Assembly: GCF_009914755.1 (NCBI RefSeq)
Contig: NC_060937.1
Length of the DNA stretch: 64,000 bases
DNA from: the human T2T-CHM13v2.0 reference genome, Homo sapiens
Reading direction: 5' to 3' (one strand)
Below, piece after piece: positions 39,579 to 52,794 of the stretch; positions within the stretch are counted from its first letter, which is position 1, and every line of letters begins with the position of its first letter. The notes under the pieces are model-generated. The model did no database searches and had not been told where the DNA came from. It saw only the letters and a list, made by a program, of their open reading frames with translations. The position numbers were made by a program, and so were the translations under genes.

Positions 39579-40145
39579 TGTACAAACGAGAATTAACACA
39601 GCAGGCCTGAGACTGCTGTCCTCAGAAACAGGCCTGCCTGCAAGGCTGGCCCTTGCCTGTCTTCTGTTAACGGATTTCAATAGGGTCCACCATTCCCAAA
39701 GCTGATAAGAGTGGCTCACTCACCAAAACTACTTGTACAAACATTGTGGTTTATGCTGAACATCTGCTTTTTTGTTTTTCATTTTCAGATAGTCTGGAAT
39801 TTGGGTATGTACTAGGCAGAGGGTGTCTAAATGACAGTTCCACAACCACAACCTTGACTCATAGGCTTAGGCAAGCTTCCCTTGTAGATAATATTTCACA
39901 CATGTTGTCCAAATTCGAGTGCTGGAGGAATTAGCACATCCTTTGTGGCTCTCCCAGAAGAGGACTCTTAGAAGCTTGTGCCTGGTTTCTTACAGACTTT
40001 GCCTCATGTACCTTTTCTCTTTACTGATTTTTACTTTTTAGGTTTGTTGCAGTAATATATCATCACTATGAGTACAGCTGTATACTGAGTCCTATAGTCC
40101 TAGCAAATCACCAAGCCTGGAGGCAGTCTTGGGACCCATGGCACA
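39579..40145 (+). mobile_element. MER68 ERVL solo LTR
   Basis: ttaacacagcaggcctgagactgct..ggcctgcctgcaaggctggcccttg..ctgataagagtggctcact..gtcttgggacccatggcaca. Confidence 0.88.
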
Positions 40146-41072
40146 GCACTATCCTTAGAAGCTAGTTTTGTCAGTTTCACTTTCCATCTTCTATACCTTT
40201 GCTGACATGGTTTCCTAGCCCCATACCACCTGTTGCCCCATAGCCTATTGAGTAACTTTTCAGTGCTTGGCCAGGATGAAACCTTGCTCAAGATGATCCC
40301 TGATTTCCTTATTGTTCCTGGCTGGAAATGGCTCTGGAATATCTTGACTTTGATTATCTGAATTATTCAGTTTGATTAATTTATGGCATTAATCGACCTT
40401 ATATTATAGTTGTGTATGCACATCACCTCTTCTATTTCATTTTAAGCTATTTGAATGTGTAGAATTGTTTTATTGTTTTTGTGCCACCCAGAGCTGCTTG
40501 GTTTCTGAATGGCTTATGCCTTTGAGTTCAGTGAAAGTGCATATACCACATTAAGTGGTTTTTGATAAGAATGCCATTAAAATAGATGTGACTTTGTAAT
40601 TTCCGTCTGACCTCAGGAGCTATACAAAAACTTAGAATATCTGAGGGGAAGTGTTGAAAATATAGCAGTTGAATTTTAAGCAATTTAGTCTTTTATAAAT
40701 GATTAATGCAGTCCAATAATTGTGATTAATTGACCTGAAATAACATACATGAGCTTTTGCCAGCTTTCTGGATACATATAAAAGGGAGCAAAGCTTACTC
40801 CAGAGAATCGAATTATTTTTCAAATATATATGCATGAATTTGTACATGCATCATAATATGAACTCAAGTTAGAGTTCTAAAGCCAATCTTAAATTCTTCC
40901 AAAAAAAAAATGCCCTTTATAAACTTTTTCAAAGGCCCAGTTTTATGTCTTTTTTTTCTTTATTTCTTTGAAAATTCCTCCACTCTAACTGGTAACTATG
41001 AGGCATTAGCTGAACGTCAAGATCCTGAATAAAATTCCAAAAATAAAGAAAACATGGAGAACCATCAGTTCC

Positions 41073-41429
41073 TGATATGGTTTGGCTCTGTGTCCCCACC
41101 TAAATCTTATCTTGAATTCTAAACCCCACTTGTCAGAGGAGAGGCCTAGTGGGAGGTGATTGGATCATGGAGGTGGATTTCCCCTTGCTGTTATCAGGAA
41201 AATGAGTTCTCACAAGATCTGATGGCTTAAGAGTGTGGCACTTCCCCTCTTGCTCTCTCTCTCCTGCCACAAAGTAATATGTGCCTTGCTTCCCCTTTGC
41301 CTTCCACCATGATTGTAAGTTTCATGAGTCCACCCCAGCCATGCAGAACTGTGAGTCAATTAAATCACTTTTCTTTATACATTACCCAGTCTCGGGGAGT
41401 TTATAGCAGTGTGAAAACACACTAATACA
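41073..41429 (+). mobile_element. THE1D/MSTA-type MaLR solo LTR
   Basis: tgatatggtttggctctgtgtccccacc ... ccatgattgtaagttt ... actaataca; ttcc on both flanks. Confidence 0.9.
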
Positions 41430-41762
41430 TTCCAGTTCATTTTTATTTAAACTTTGACAGAATTGTCAAGGGAGTATATAAGAGAACAACAATCGTGTGT
41501 CTGGATATATATCCTTTCTCCATGTTAACATTTTCAGAGATTCTTCTTTATATGGTTATTTGCTCAATTAGTTATACACCTACAACTTTAATACTACAAC
41601 TTTTGAGTAATTATGGCAGACTAGTCAGACATAATTTATCTTCTTCTAACTCCTGAAAAGCACACAAAAATGGTACACAGTTGACCAAGAAGTAAAATGA
41701 AAAACACAATGGGAACAGAGCATATGAGAGACTCAGAGTAGTGACTGAGAAACAAGCAGAAC

Positions 41763-42049
41763 TTTTTTTTTTCTTTTTTTCTTTTTTTTTTTGAGGTGGA
41801 GTTTCACTCACTGATCTCGGTCACTGCCACCTCTGCCTCCTGGGTTCAAGCGATTCTCCTTCCCCAGTCTCCCGAGCAGCTGGGATTACAGGCGCTGGCC
41901 ATCACACCCAGCTGATTTTTTGCATTTTTAGTAGAGATGGGTTTTCACTATGTTGGCCAGGCTGGTCTCAAACTTGTGATCTCAGGCGATCCATCTGCCT
42001 CAGCCTCCCAAAGTCCTGCGATTGCAGGCGTGAGCCACCGTACCTGGCT
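41763..42049 (-). mobile_element. AluS with a ~25-30 nt deletion in the right arm
   Basis: gtttcactca joined directly to ctgatctcgg; 15-bp TSD aacaagcagaacttt. Confidence 0.93.
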
Positions 42050-42824
42050 GCAACAAGCAGAACTTTAATAGAAGTAACCCGTATGCTCAACTAGAAGACC
42101 CCAGAAAGTCCCTGAACTGGGGCCAGTTACCTTGGAAACCTACAAGCAATAGAAACTGTTGAAAGTCAGTACACTGAGACATTAAAATCCAGGTCTCCTC
42201 CTCAGCCTTGAGTAAACAGGCAAATACTTTCCTTGTCTTCCTTCTGCCCCTTTCTGAAACAGAGGAGGAATCTTGTGTCTGTGTGAAAACATTGAATAGT
42301 AAAGTCTCTGGACACGGAAATACCAAAGTGGAGGGTGAAAGTAAATCTACCACTTGGTAGAGTGATTTAATGTCTACAGATTGAACATTGCTTTCCAGGC
42401 CCCTTTCTTTGCTTTGCTTACCAGTGACCTGCAGCCAGCCATTGAAAAACGCAAACAAAAAAACAGCCACCCAATGTGGCCATAGGATTAGGTGAATATT
42501 CCCCAGATAATCTAGAGGGCCCCAAAGAATAGTTCTCCAGAAAGTGACATGGTATTTCGCAGAAGGAAACATTGCCTAACTCAGTGTCCCCTTCAGTAAA
42601 GCTGTCAGTCTACAAGTTCCTGTCTCGTCAAGGGTGTGTCATTATCTATTATGGTCTCCTTTCTTAAATGTAAACAGAGCCAAAGATCACCAGGAATCTG
42701 AGGAAAGCTATCATGTGAAAGACAGTTATCAAAAGAGACAGAAAAACGAAACTTGGTAATAACCAATATAATAAAGTAGAAGAAAATGCCAAAGCAAAAA
42801 TGAAAACAAATACTAGAGGTAATA

Positions 42825-43402
42825 TAGTTCACCCTTGAACTATATTGGTGCCCCCAACCCCAACACAGTAAAAAAAATTCATGTATAACTTAATTTTTTT
42901 CTTAATTTTTAATGCTTGTGGCTAATAATTGTATATACTTATGAGGGGCATGTGATGTTTTCACACAGTGGTACAATAGGTAATAAATAAGGTATAATTT
43001 TTGACTTCCACAGAACTTAACTACTGATAGCCTACTGTTGAGCAGAAGCCTTACCAATACCATAAATTTGATTAACACATTTTGTGTGTCATATGTATTA
43101 TGTATTGTATACTTCCAATAAACTAAGCTAGAGAAAATATATTATTTAAAAGTCATAAGAGAAAAATGTATTTACTTTTCATAAAGTGGATCGTCATAAA
43201 GATCTTCATCCTTGTCTTCACGTTGAGTAGGCTGAGGAGGAGGAGGAAGAAGATGGATTGGTCTTCCTGTTTTAGGAGTGGCAGAGGCATAAGAGATGGA
43301 GAAGATGGAAGGCGAAGAAGGAGAGGCAGGCACACTTGGTGTAACTTTTGTTGAAAAAAAAATCTCGGTATCAATGAACCCGTGTTGTTCACGAGCCAGC
43401 TA
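42825..43402 (-). mobile_element. Tigger2a (MER28) DNA transposon
   Basis: Decayed TIRs tagttcacccttgaac / gttgttcacgagccagcta with TA flanks; gtcttcacgttgagtaggctgaggaggaggagg. Confidence 0.88.
42892..42991 (-). mobile_element. ~100-bp L1 3' tip (L1MA/L1PB-like) nested in Tigger2a
   Basis: taataattgtatatacttatgaggggcatgtgatgtttt; near-TSD gtataact/gtataatt. Confidence 0.7.
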
Positions 43403-45879
43403 TACAGTTGATTTCTCCAAAGAGTTGAATGAAACCAATACTTATATAAAACAAAAATATAAATAAAAAGAAATAAAAGTAAAATTATTGTAATATTTTG
43501 AAATACCACAAATGCAATGGGAGACTAAGGTAAAGTCACATAAACATTTATAAAAAATGTAGATCTTTGAGGATACATTCAAGAGGTCCTTTACACATTT
43601 AATAGTCTTAAGAATTTTAATAAAATTAAGAAAAAAAGTTACACGAATTATCTAGGAAATACTAAACATATCCCAAAAGTAAAGTATGTGAGAATTTGGT
43701 TTCAAGTGCTTTTCATATGTCCACTCAGTAGAGAAATAACTTCAAAAATCCTAAGGAAGATGATCTTGAATTAGAAATCTATACCCATTTAATTTATCTA
43801 TTAAAGATGGAATAAGATAAAGACATGTCAGAGATAAAAAGCATCACATTTTCTTTTAATTATCATTTCTTAGGAACTGACTAGAGACTATGCATACATA
43901 CACACACACAAACACACACAGAACTAAAAGAAAAGAAAGAACTTGGGAATTCATCACTGGAAAATAACCAAGCATGGTCCCAGGATAATGTTAACTCCAA
44001 GGGAGGTAACCAGGGAAGGTAACAAAGGTTTAGCTTTGTATTTAATGACCATTTTGATGATATTGATAGGTTTGGAAGTTTTTTAATACATTTGGAAAAA
44101 ATAATGATTATATATATCACAAGAATGATATAAATTTTAAAACAAGTTCAAAATCAATAGCAAAACACAAATTTGCACAAGAAAGAAAAAGTGATAGACT
44201 ATATGGCTCAGCAGTGAGCAGTATGTACATAGTTGTGAAAATGTAAACTTTGACCACTGACTTAATTTAAAAATTATAATAACCCTACATTAGGCTCTGA
44301 GGAAAGGGGAAGTGTTAAAGATGTTAAGTGGGGAAGTGAGGTACAAAGTGTGTGGCTGGAATTTCTTTTTTAAAAATCATAGGTCATTATTTGATTCATT
44401 GAACTAACTATATGAAATACTCATAATAATTTTAAAATTGAAATACTGTATTGATGAGAAAAGGTAAAGTGTTACTTTATCTTATTTTTAATCTGTCATA
44501 GAAAAGTATACTGATATATTTTTAACTGGGTTAATTGAGAGATGGAACAAAAATATTAGTCTCTTACAAAAATTATTTTGGATTTATGTTGCCAATATCT
44601 ATACTTAATATTCCTAATAAAATCTTGATTGTAAATAAAGCATATATTTTTAGGTTGAGCTTCTGAGAAAGGAAAGCTGAAATGAAGGTTATTGTTCCAG
44701 AAATTTTTGCATTATGATGAAATCAATGTGGACTATTCTAAATAATTTCAGAGAATGTTGTTTATAGCTTTCTTGTCATGTCAGCCTGCTTTGAGCTGCC
44801 TGGCCATAATGTCAGCCTCTTGTGTATAATTCAGCCGAAACCACATTTTATTATAATTTGGGGGCTTCCAAAAGTTGCTTTTTAATTTTTCAGAGATACA
44901 GAAAAGTTAATATATAATAAAATATTATGGCATAAATAGTAGAGATATTTCATATAACTATCTTCATGGCCTTAAAAACTCTTGTAGTTTCCAAAGGCAA
45001 GTTGGTGTAGGTGCCACTTGACACTTTTTAAAAAATAGTCTCTCTTACTCTTTTTCCCCTAAAGCATTTTAAAAACAAATTTATATTAAGATGGAATTTA
45101 ATTATTAAAATCTAATTATTAGCTTTTGATATGCTAATACCTCTGAAGATAGAGCACTATAAATGAAAACAATTTTATTTCTAAACTAAACTGCGTTTTG
45201 AACTGATACATTTGTCTAAAAGAGAAAGAAAAAACAAAAGGTCATTGATCATCAGGTCCAGAGCAGATGTGGTCTTGTGTGAAATAACTAGACCAGGGAG
45301 GTAACAGCTTTGCAAGTCATATGCACTGGCTTAATATCTCCATTACTCTTATCTACAAAGCCAAAATTATAAAATATGTTCTCATATAAATTGACTTTTT
45401 ACAATAAAATATAGCAACCTTAATAGTAAGTTGTATATCTTCAGTGTTGTGCTAGAACTACGATGCAATCTGTGATTTCTTTTAAAAGTTAAAGATAAAG
45501 GTAGTCATATTGTATGTAATACTGGTTACTACCAATTTGTTTTGAGGAGAATATCTGTGTAACGTACTATTAACAAATACAAATTTAAATAATCAACACT
45601 GAAATAATTTCAGGATAATTTTTATAAAATCTTCTCTTTTTGCTATCACCAAATCTACTTCTTGACAAATTTTAATACTGAGATTTCTGCAATCTGTGAT
45701 AATCTTTTCCTTATTTTCTCTCAAAATTTCAAAATCAGAAGTAACTTAGACCCTGCGTTTATTAATAATCCACTAAGTCAATTAACTTTCCATAACTGTA
45801 GCAAACTCGAGATATAGCTTGATAATTAGTACAAATAATCAGAAATAGATTTAAAAATTTACATAAATATATACTGCCA

Positions 45880-45995
45880 ATTATTCCTTTGAGAGCAGGG
45901 CCTGTTTTAATTACCCTGTTTTCTTAGGGCCTACCTGGTGCACTGATTGGCACATAGCAGATTCTCAAAATTACATTGATTCATAAAAATAAATG
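45880..45995 (+). mobile_element. L2 3' end relic
   Basis: cctttgagagcagggcctg...tggcacatagcagattctcaa. Confidence 0.65.
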
Positions 45996-46127
45996 TAAAG
46001 GTAGGATTTTTCATAAAGTTAGAAATAAGAAAATTAATTACCATATAATTCATTAGGATATTCCATTTTCATAAATAAAATCTTCAATAAATAAATTGTC
46101 CTTAGAAAATACAGGATAAATGCAAAG

Positions 46128-46335
46128 GCAGCAAGGTGTCATGGAAGAGCAAAGCGCTTTGCAGTAAGATAGCCAAGGGTTGGGCTTTGCTCTTTCTGTG
46201 ACTTTAGGTAAGTTAATCATCCTGTCAAATATCAGCTTCTTATGGGTAAATATGTGTGTATGTTGTAAGATTTTTCTGAGGCTACCAGGTAAGTCATGTA
46301 AAGGATTTAAAACAGATTCTCAGTATATGGTAGCT
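46128..46335 (+). mobile_element. MIR
   Basis: atggaagagca..gctttgcagtaaga..ctgtgactttaggtaagttaat. Confidence 0.65.
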
Positions 46336-46835
46336 GCCACAGATGGGATTCTAGTCTGAATCAAACACAATTTGATATAATGTTTTGTCTTCCTTACAAG
46401 AGGTAAACTCAAGACAATCATCATGGAATAAAGCCATTTTCCCTTTTTCATGCTTCTCCACAGTGCATGTTATCTCTCTTTTGGCAAAGAAAATTCCAAG
46501 GGTGAGATAATCATTTATACGGCCATTCAGTGTTTTTTGCAGTGCTCCCAATTCAATATAGTCAACAAAATGCTAATTAGTCCTAATTGTTTGGAGGACA
46601 CCTGTCAGTCCACTGATAGATGCAGAGACCCCTAAAGAATCCCTCAGAAATTCCTCTTGAGATGAATTTAACTCTATCATTAAGAAGTTAAAAGGTTTAG
46701 AATTAAAACTAGTCGTCATCTCCCATTTTAACTACCTGTTGAAATATACAGATCCAGATATACATATTCTTCTAGGCTTTGTCTGATTAAAAGAAAAAAC
46801 AAAAACCAGAATGCAAAGTAGAAATTCCCAATGAC

Positions 46836-47288
<453 letters not shown>

Positions 47289-48620
47289 CTAGTTAATTAT
47301 AGAAATAAAAATAATAAAAATAAGAATCGTTTTTTCCATCCAGTCTACTCTATTTCAGCAGTATTATTGGCATGTCCATATTGTCCAATTTTACAGAAGC
47401 ACAAAATCTGAAATTAGTCTGCGTGGTGGGGTGGGGGTGTGGGGGCGGCTGTTATTGGGATAATTAAGTTCTGTGCAATAAGTCAAATTACTATGTTTTA
47501 AATTTTAGTTTACAAACAGGCCACCAGGAATATTACAAGCGTATTTTCTTTTCTTCAAAAACCATATAGCATCTTTACATCCTTAAAGTTGAATAAAGGA
47601 ATGTTAAATGTTTTCAACTAAGGCTGGCTAGGGTCAGTAATATTTCTCATGTCTGGCAGATCATCTGTTACCACTTACTAATGGATATGTATTGGTATAC
47701 CAGACTCATATTACAGTTTTCTTAACAGAAATTGTTTTAAATTCTATGATATTCCTCTAAAAGAAAGTGTTGAACTGACTATAAAGTTAAATCAGAAGGA
47801 TAGAGGCATCCCATGGATTTGTAGCCTGAAATAGAGTACTACTAAAAAGACTTTGGTGACTGTAAAAATATTTCTAAGGTAGAAGTTTTTCATGATTAGT
47901 GGATCTAATCTAAGCTTTCCCCCTATTAAACATACCGTAATTTGTGAGATATACCTTCTCTAATCTAAACATATCATGTTAAAACTATAATTGTAGCAGT
48001 TATCCAATCTTCCGCATTTTTTTTGACGATTCAAGCAAGAGTATTGAAGCAGTTTTCAAGAGAATCTTCAACTTGACCCAAAGAACTTCTTAGTGTATAT
48101 GAATGGTGTTCTTTCAAAAATTACTTGAACAAAATCGAGCATTTCTATCATATGTGAATGTCGGCCACTCTTTGTAGCTGCCATGTAATCTTTTGGGCTA
48201 TCTCCAGATTATTGCTTTATTGCCACTCTGGCTACAAAATGCTTTTACACTTGGTCATCAACTCGTTTCAAAGTAATAAAAGAACAATGCCTGTGGCACC
48301 ACGTCAGAAAGAAATCTTTAAATGGTGAACCTGCCTTATAGCAACAAATTTAATTATGAAATTGAATGTATAGGAAGAGATGAAAATTGTTGCTGTCACC
48401 AAGTACATGATTCTACTGTATAAAACAAAGTTTGTAGCAATTAAAAGGTTTTGCCATTTTCCTGCAGTTTTCAGCATTTCACACTTTAAGAGTAAGCATT
48501 TGAAATATCTGTGTATTGAGACTTAACAATGCAAACACTAGGTCATCGGATGGGGCTGACTTGATAATTTGCAGGCTGGCAGAAAATCTGGATAATATTT
48601 TAAAATAGGAACAAATAAGC

Positions 48621-50059
48621 TGTTGGGGAGAAGAATATATTCTCTTTCTACCTCCTTAGGATCTTTGGCTGGGTCTAAGAATTAAGTTGACATAAGACAG
48701 AATAAAAGGAAAAATCATACAATATGTATCTGATGTGGTGCTATATGCATTATTCTTTCATTACCATTATGTTTGTTAATTTTTTTTATGCTGGATGTTA
48801 CTTTTTATTTATTTATTTTTATTATACTTTAAGTTTTAGGGTACATGTGCACAACGTGCAGATGAGTTACATATGTATACATGTGCCGTGTTGGTGTGCT
48901 GTACCCATTAACTCGTCATTTAACATTAGGTATATCTCCAAATGCTATCCCTCCCCACTCCCCCCACCCCACAACAGTCCCCGGTGTGTGATGTTCCCCT
49001 TCCTGTGTCCATGTGTTCTCATTGTTCAATTCCCACCTATGAGTGAGAACATCTGGTGTTTGGTTTTTTGTCCTTGCGATAGTTTGCTGAGAATGATGGT
49101 TTCCAGCTTCATCTATGTCCCTACAAAGGACATGAACTCGTCATTTTTTATGGCTGCATAGTATTCCATGGTGTATATGTGCCACATTTTCTTAATCCAG
49201 TCTATCATTGTTGGACATCTGGGTTGGTTCCAAGTCTTTGCTATTGTGAATAGTGCTGCAATAAACATACATGTGCATGTGTCTTTATAGCAGCATGATT
49301 TATAATCCTTTGGGTATATACCCAGTAATGAGATTGCTGGGACAAATGGTGTTTCTAGTTCTAGATCCCTGAGGAATCAGCACACTGACTTCCACAATGG
49401 TTGAACTAGTTTACAGTCCCACCAACAGTGTAAAAGTGTTCCTCTTTCTCCACATCCTCTCCAGCACCTGTTGTTTCCTGACTTTTTAATGATTGCCATT
49501 CTAACTGGTGTGAGATGGTATCTCATTGTGGTTTTGATTTGCATTTCTCTGATGGCCAGTGATGATGGGCATTTTTTAATGTGTCTTTTGGTAATTTTTA
49601 CATGTGCATAGGGAGCCTCACAAGAGAGTGAGGACTAATGAAATGGTCAAAGCAGAAAGCTTTTATATCTTTTAGAGAGAGACACCAACAATTCTTGAAT
49701 AAATGAAAGACAAAAGGGTTTGGGCTGGGGGGCAATACATTGTGGGGATGTCACTAGGAGATATATGGCGGTGGTGGGGGGGTGCATTGTAAAACTAGTA
49801 GAAGATAAGGGTTACTTTATTAATTGTATGGATCCATTGCAGCATCAATTCCCTGTCTCTGGTGATAAGGGTTATTTATTTTCTTCTTTGAGAAAGGAAT
49901 AGCACTTTTCTCAAAAGAATTCTTACGGCCTGGTGCAGGTGGAAGAGGAGGGGTCAAACAGCTCTTTCTATATCCACTGTCTCTCAAATACCTTCAGCCT
50001 GAAGTAATTGATATGCCAAATTTGCATATTTGGGGATGGCATGGCCTTAACTTTATCCA
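48621..50059 (-). mobile_element. ERV1 LTR (MER67/MER89-group) interrupted by L1PA
   Basis: ttgacataagacaga.. [L1] ..ttttacatgtgcatagggagcc..gaagataagggtta..tctctggtgataag..ccttcagc..atatgccaaa..gcatatttggggatggcat. Confidence 0.75.
48802..49591 (-). mobile_element. L1PA4-like 5'-truncated LINE-1
   Basis: ttatactttaagttttagggtacatgtgc; ccattaactcgtcatttaacattagg (GAG type, not Ta). Confidence 0.93.
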
Positions 50060-52366
50060 TACAAAAGGATTATATCAACAATTTGGGGCCATACAATCAG
50101 GTAGAAAGATACAAATAAATCCATGAAAATCAAGAAGCAAAGGCAGGGGTATATGAAAAAGTTTTAGGTCCCTAAGAAAATCTTAAAATGTGTTTTATAA
50201 ATTTAAAGTATGAAGTCAACCAATTGACATGAACTCAATCAAAAAAATTGGGGACTAGAAGAGATGTTGAAATTACTTTTTACCCTCGGCTTTATATACT
50301 TAATAAAGGTTATTATTTTACTTACTCCAGGATCTCTATTTCTGCTACAGTTTTTTAATCAAAAATTGTTGCCTTTTATTACATAATTAAAATAAATTGA
50401 GAAGATTCTACTTCTTGTTCTACCAGAGCACCCGTGGATTGACTGAGGGCCACTGTTGACTCACTAATACTGTATTTATTGAAATAGACTCCTGATCATT
50501 AGAACTATTTTTGTCACCCGTAATTTTCAATTATTTAAATATTAAATACAATTTTGTTTAAGTTGTTGTTCATGAGAAAATTGCATATTTATAAGGATGT
50601 TTTCCTCAATTTTCATACCCATATTCCACACATTTATTTCACCCTTTTCTACTCATTCTTTCTACAGTTTTTAGCTAAGTTGGATTTCGTAAATTTAAGT
50701 AGGATGGTGTTCGATTTAGAGAAGTGGCCCAAATCTTTATTTTTCTGTCAAATATATGATTGGCTGATTAACTTCACAAATGGAGAGAAACGTCTTAAAT
50801 GATTAGGAATGATAAGTTTATTAGCAGTCCTGATTCAAGTCTCCAACTCAAACTCAATAGATGATGTCCTTTAATTACTACCAGGGACCTTTTTCATGTT
50901 GCTGCTGATCACAGTTTATTGTTGCTTTTATGGCTTTATTAAAAATACTTTTTCCCTTGTAGTTATCTTCTCAAAGTCCCCCTCTCACTTTTATTCTTAC
51001 TATTATTGACATAAGAGTAATAGCCACTGTATTTTTAGTTGTGCTTGAAACTTAAGATGTTGTTGGCACTGGTGTAAAAAAAAAGCTTTTTCCTTTGAAA
51101 CATTTACTGTTTATAAAATATTAAGCTAGGCTACCTTTTTCCTGATGACTCAGGTAGAATAGCATTCTTTCCTTTACTATAAGAGAAGTCTGATCCTTGT
51201 ATGACCTCTTAAGAAATAAGGTAATATTTATTTTAGTTCTGTATTATAACAAGCACCAATTTAATAGAATCTTCTTCAAATTTACTTGAAAATGGGTTTC
51301 ATTTTCAGAACAGAATATTTAATGAATATTTCTTACTAAGACTGCATGTCTGTGTACTATTGTTTTAAATATAATTTGGGTAATATTACTTAGTTTGTTA
51401 TTTGAAAAAATCATAGACTCTCCATGATGAAACTTGTACCTACAAATTTAGTCTAAAATTGTATGAGAGGACATTTTAAAGAAGTGTTTTATGCTAATGC
51501 AATATCATATCATAGCAAATGATGTAAATCTAACTAACCTATATAGTAACTTAATTTTTATACCTTCTGTTTATGAAATACAATATTATGAAGAGGGTGG
51601 TATAGATCCCAGTAGAAAAAATAGAAGAATATATGTGTTGGAAAGGTGAAATTGTGGAACTGTAACTGAACTTCCCTCACTTTTTTTCATATATGTTTTA
51701 ATATTATACTTTAAACAACTATTTAGTATTATTTCAATATGAATGTCTAAGGTAATTTCATGGATGCTTAATTTTAATTGTTCTATTTTACCTTTCAACA
51801 TTCTTTGAGAACTAGACACTTTATATTAATAAGTTTCAATTCAGTGCATATCATCACGAATTAATAAAATACAGATGTGTATCATGTTGATTTAACTTAG
51901 TGACCTCAAGTGTTTATAATAAAATTAGCACAAAGGTCTTTGAGACAAAGTCAAGTTCTCTGGAATTGTTCACAGGGTTCTATATATTTATCAGCATTTT
52001 TTTTTTGTTTTGATTACCTCTGCAATCATTGTCTTTGCCTCCATTCTTTCTCAAATCATTGACCTTGCACTGTTTGGTTGTCATCTTATGCATAATGTTA
52101 TATAATTAGAGTGATATAAATCACTTTCTTTAGTTAATGTCAGATGTTAATACATTTCCTTTTCTCTGGTTGCATATCACAATATTAATGAAAACACCCC
52201 ACAACTAATGCCCTGAGGTATTAACCTTAGGGAACTGACATCATGTTCTGAAAACTCTCTTGAGCTTTTGCATGAGCTCAGATGTCATTGCAAATCACTT
52301 TAGCTTTTGCTTTATTGTCTTTTGCTAATAATAACAATTGTACAAAAATAAAAGGTCTTGTGTTTT

Positions 52367-52668
<302 letters not shown>

Positions 52669-52794
52669 GTCTTGTGTTTTTAAATTTTCCACATTAGCAT
52701 TAATAGAAAAATCATGATCATATAATTATTTTTTCCAAGTATGTGTATATTTGACATACTTGTATTTCTTGTGTAGGTGTTTTAAAACATCATT

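Larger units (their letters stand above)
42070..44400 (+). mobile_element. HAL1/old L1-derived element, interrupted by Tigger2a
   Basis: ccaaagatcaccaggaatctgaggaaagc..atgtgaaagacag; tgaggatacattcaagaggtcc; tatggctcagcagtga..tacatagtt..aatgtaaac. Confidence 0.6.

Noticed and set aside
42087-42572. Longest ORF (161 aa, minus strand)
   Set aside because: Antisense to an old L1/HAL1-like relic, with no recognisable domain; consistent with chance
47424-47448. G-rich tract as a G-quadruplex
   Set aside because: Only three runs of 3 or more G; non-canonical and unsupported
47500-48600. Unique AT-rich stretch checked for a decayed coding or transposase frame
   Set aside because: The partial manual translation I tried gave no recognisable motif
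48724-49161. 145-aa ORF
   Set aside because: Antisense reading of the L1PA 3' end
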